Position numbers and translations under genes: made by a program
Origin: Azolla caroliniana
Lineage: Eukaryota > Plantae > Polypodiophyta
NCBI GenBank assembly: GCA_043228905.1
Contig: JBHGNT010001412.1
Coordinates: 1 to 8,854 of the forward strand
Reading direction: 5' to 3'
Length of the DNA: 8,854 bases
Part shown: positions 8,301 to 8,854 of the stretch, piece after piece
Numbering within the stretch: the first letter of the stretch is position 1
Layout of the letters: every line of letters begins with the position of its first letter
Notes under the pieces: model-generated
What the model saw: only the letters and a program-made list of their open reading frames with translations
Told to the model about the DNA's origin: nothing
Databases searched by the model: none

Positions 8301-8450
8301 GCCGCCCAAAATAGGGACAGGTGTGAAACCGTAGGGTTCTGTGTTTTTGACCTAATCTGCCTGGAGGGAGAATTGTGGACCGTCCGATGGAGGGCTCCCA
8401 TCCGACGGCCACAGATTCTCCTCATATTACCTCCTCTCTTAAAGCTCTAA
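8301..8450 (+). promoter_or_regulatory. Putative proximal promoter of the downstream gene
   Basis: Local GC/CpG rise. GCCCAA at 8304 is site II-like, and AGGGACAGGTGTGA at 8313 is near the tef-box consensus. AAACCGTA (8326) and TAGGGTTC (8332) are each one mismatch from the telo-box AAACCCTA. An inverted repeat spans 8364-8423 and a weak TATA-like CTTAAA lies near 8438. Confidence 0.5.
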
Positions 8451-8453
8451 TGG

Positions 8454-8506
8454 CCTCCTTCTTCTTCTTCTCCTCCTTCCTTCCTTCCTTCCTTCCTTCT
8501 TCTTCT
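8454..8506 (+). promoter_or_regulatory. Uninterrupted 53-nt pyrimidine tract with CTT/CCTT repeats (Y-patch or 5'UTR)
   Basis: Only C and T occur from 8454 to 8506, ending 45 nt upstream of the ATG at 8552. Confidence 0.6.
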
Positions 8507-8551
8507 GTGGAAAGAAAGATTTCTGCAGGAGAGATCCATCAATCGTAAGCT

Positions 8552-8562
8552 ATGGTGCTCAA
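8552..8562 (+). CDS. RPL24: Probable 11-nt first coding exon of the next gene, possibly 60S ribosomal protein L24 (eL24)
   Basis: ATG GTG CTC AA|GTAAGT reads M-V-L-(K), followed by a consensus donor and a T-rich intron-like stretch to the window end. Plant eL24 begins MVLKTELC. Only four residues are visible, so the identity is tentative. Confidence 0.45.
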
Positions 8563-8854
8563 GTAAGTACCCTGTCTTTTCTGTTTACTCCTCCTTCTGC
8601 TTGTTTGCCCTTTTTTTGCTCCAGTTCCTGTGTTCTCAGCTTCCCTGTTGGCCGAGATTAACTCTCGTTTGCTTGTGTTTCATTCTTTAGCTTCATGTCA
8701 GGGTTTCTCCCTATCTTTAGTGGCTTTCTTTCGTTCTCGCTGTGGCCTCCGCTTATTGTTTGGTTTTGTCTTTTTAGTTGGCTTAATCTTCGTTTGTAGC
8801 TCACATCTTGGCTCAAGATTGCGCATTTTGTCTCTCTTCCTGTTCTTACGGTTT

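Noticed and set aside
7881-8450. Short ORFs over the tandem duplication and microsatellites
   Set aside because: Their translations reflect repeats (SLSLSL, HTHTH) and show no protein-family features.

Overview
AT-rich eukaryotic genomic DNA, most likely from a land plant (inferred from the plant-type protein sequence). Most of the window is an intron-containing NOP56 gene (box C/D snoRNP core protein) on the + strand, entering the window mid-exon. Seven exons (1-52, 1410-1624, 1718-1875, 2649-2836, 2916-3168, 5067-5215, 5320-5505) join in consistent phase through GT-AG introns. The terminal exon is unresolved: the best acceptor (6034) gives a frame that stops at 6126, while the lysine-rich NOP56 tail (stop at 6377) lies in the -1 frame, behind a ~73% GC structured patch. 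Two introns begin with degenerate tandem-repeat arrays whose units carry 5' splice-site-like motifs, and the first array contains exact copies of the real donor. The long intron 3169-5066 may hold a decayed non-autonomous DNA transposon. The 3' end has a ~120-bp tandem duplication, microsatellites, a promoter-like region with a GC-rich inverted repeat and a 53-nt pyrimidine tract, and an 11-nt first coding exon (ATGGTGCTCAA|GTAAGT) that resembles the start of plant ribosomal protein L24. I could not support any intronic snoRNA.
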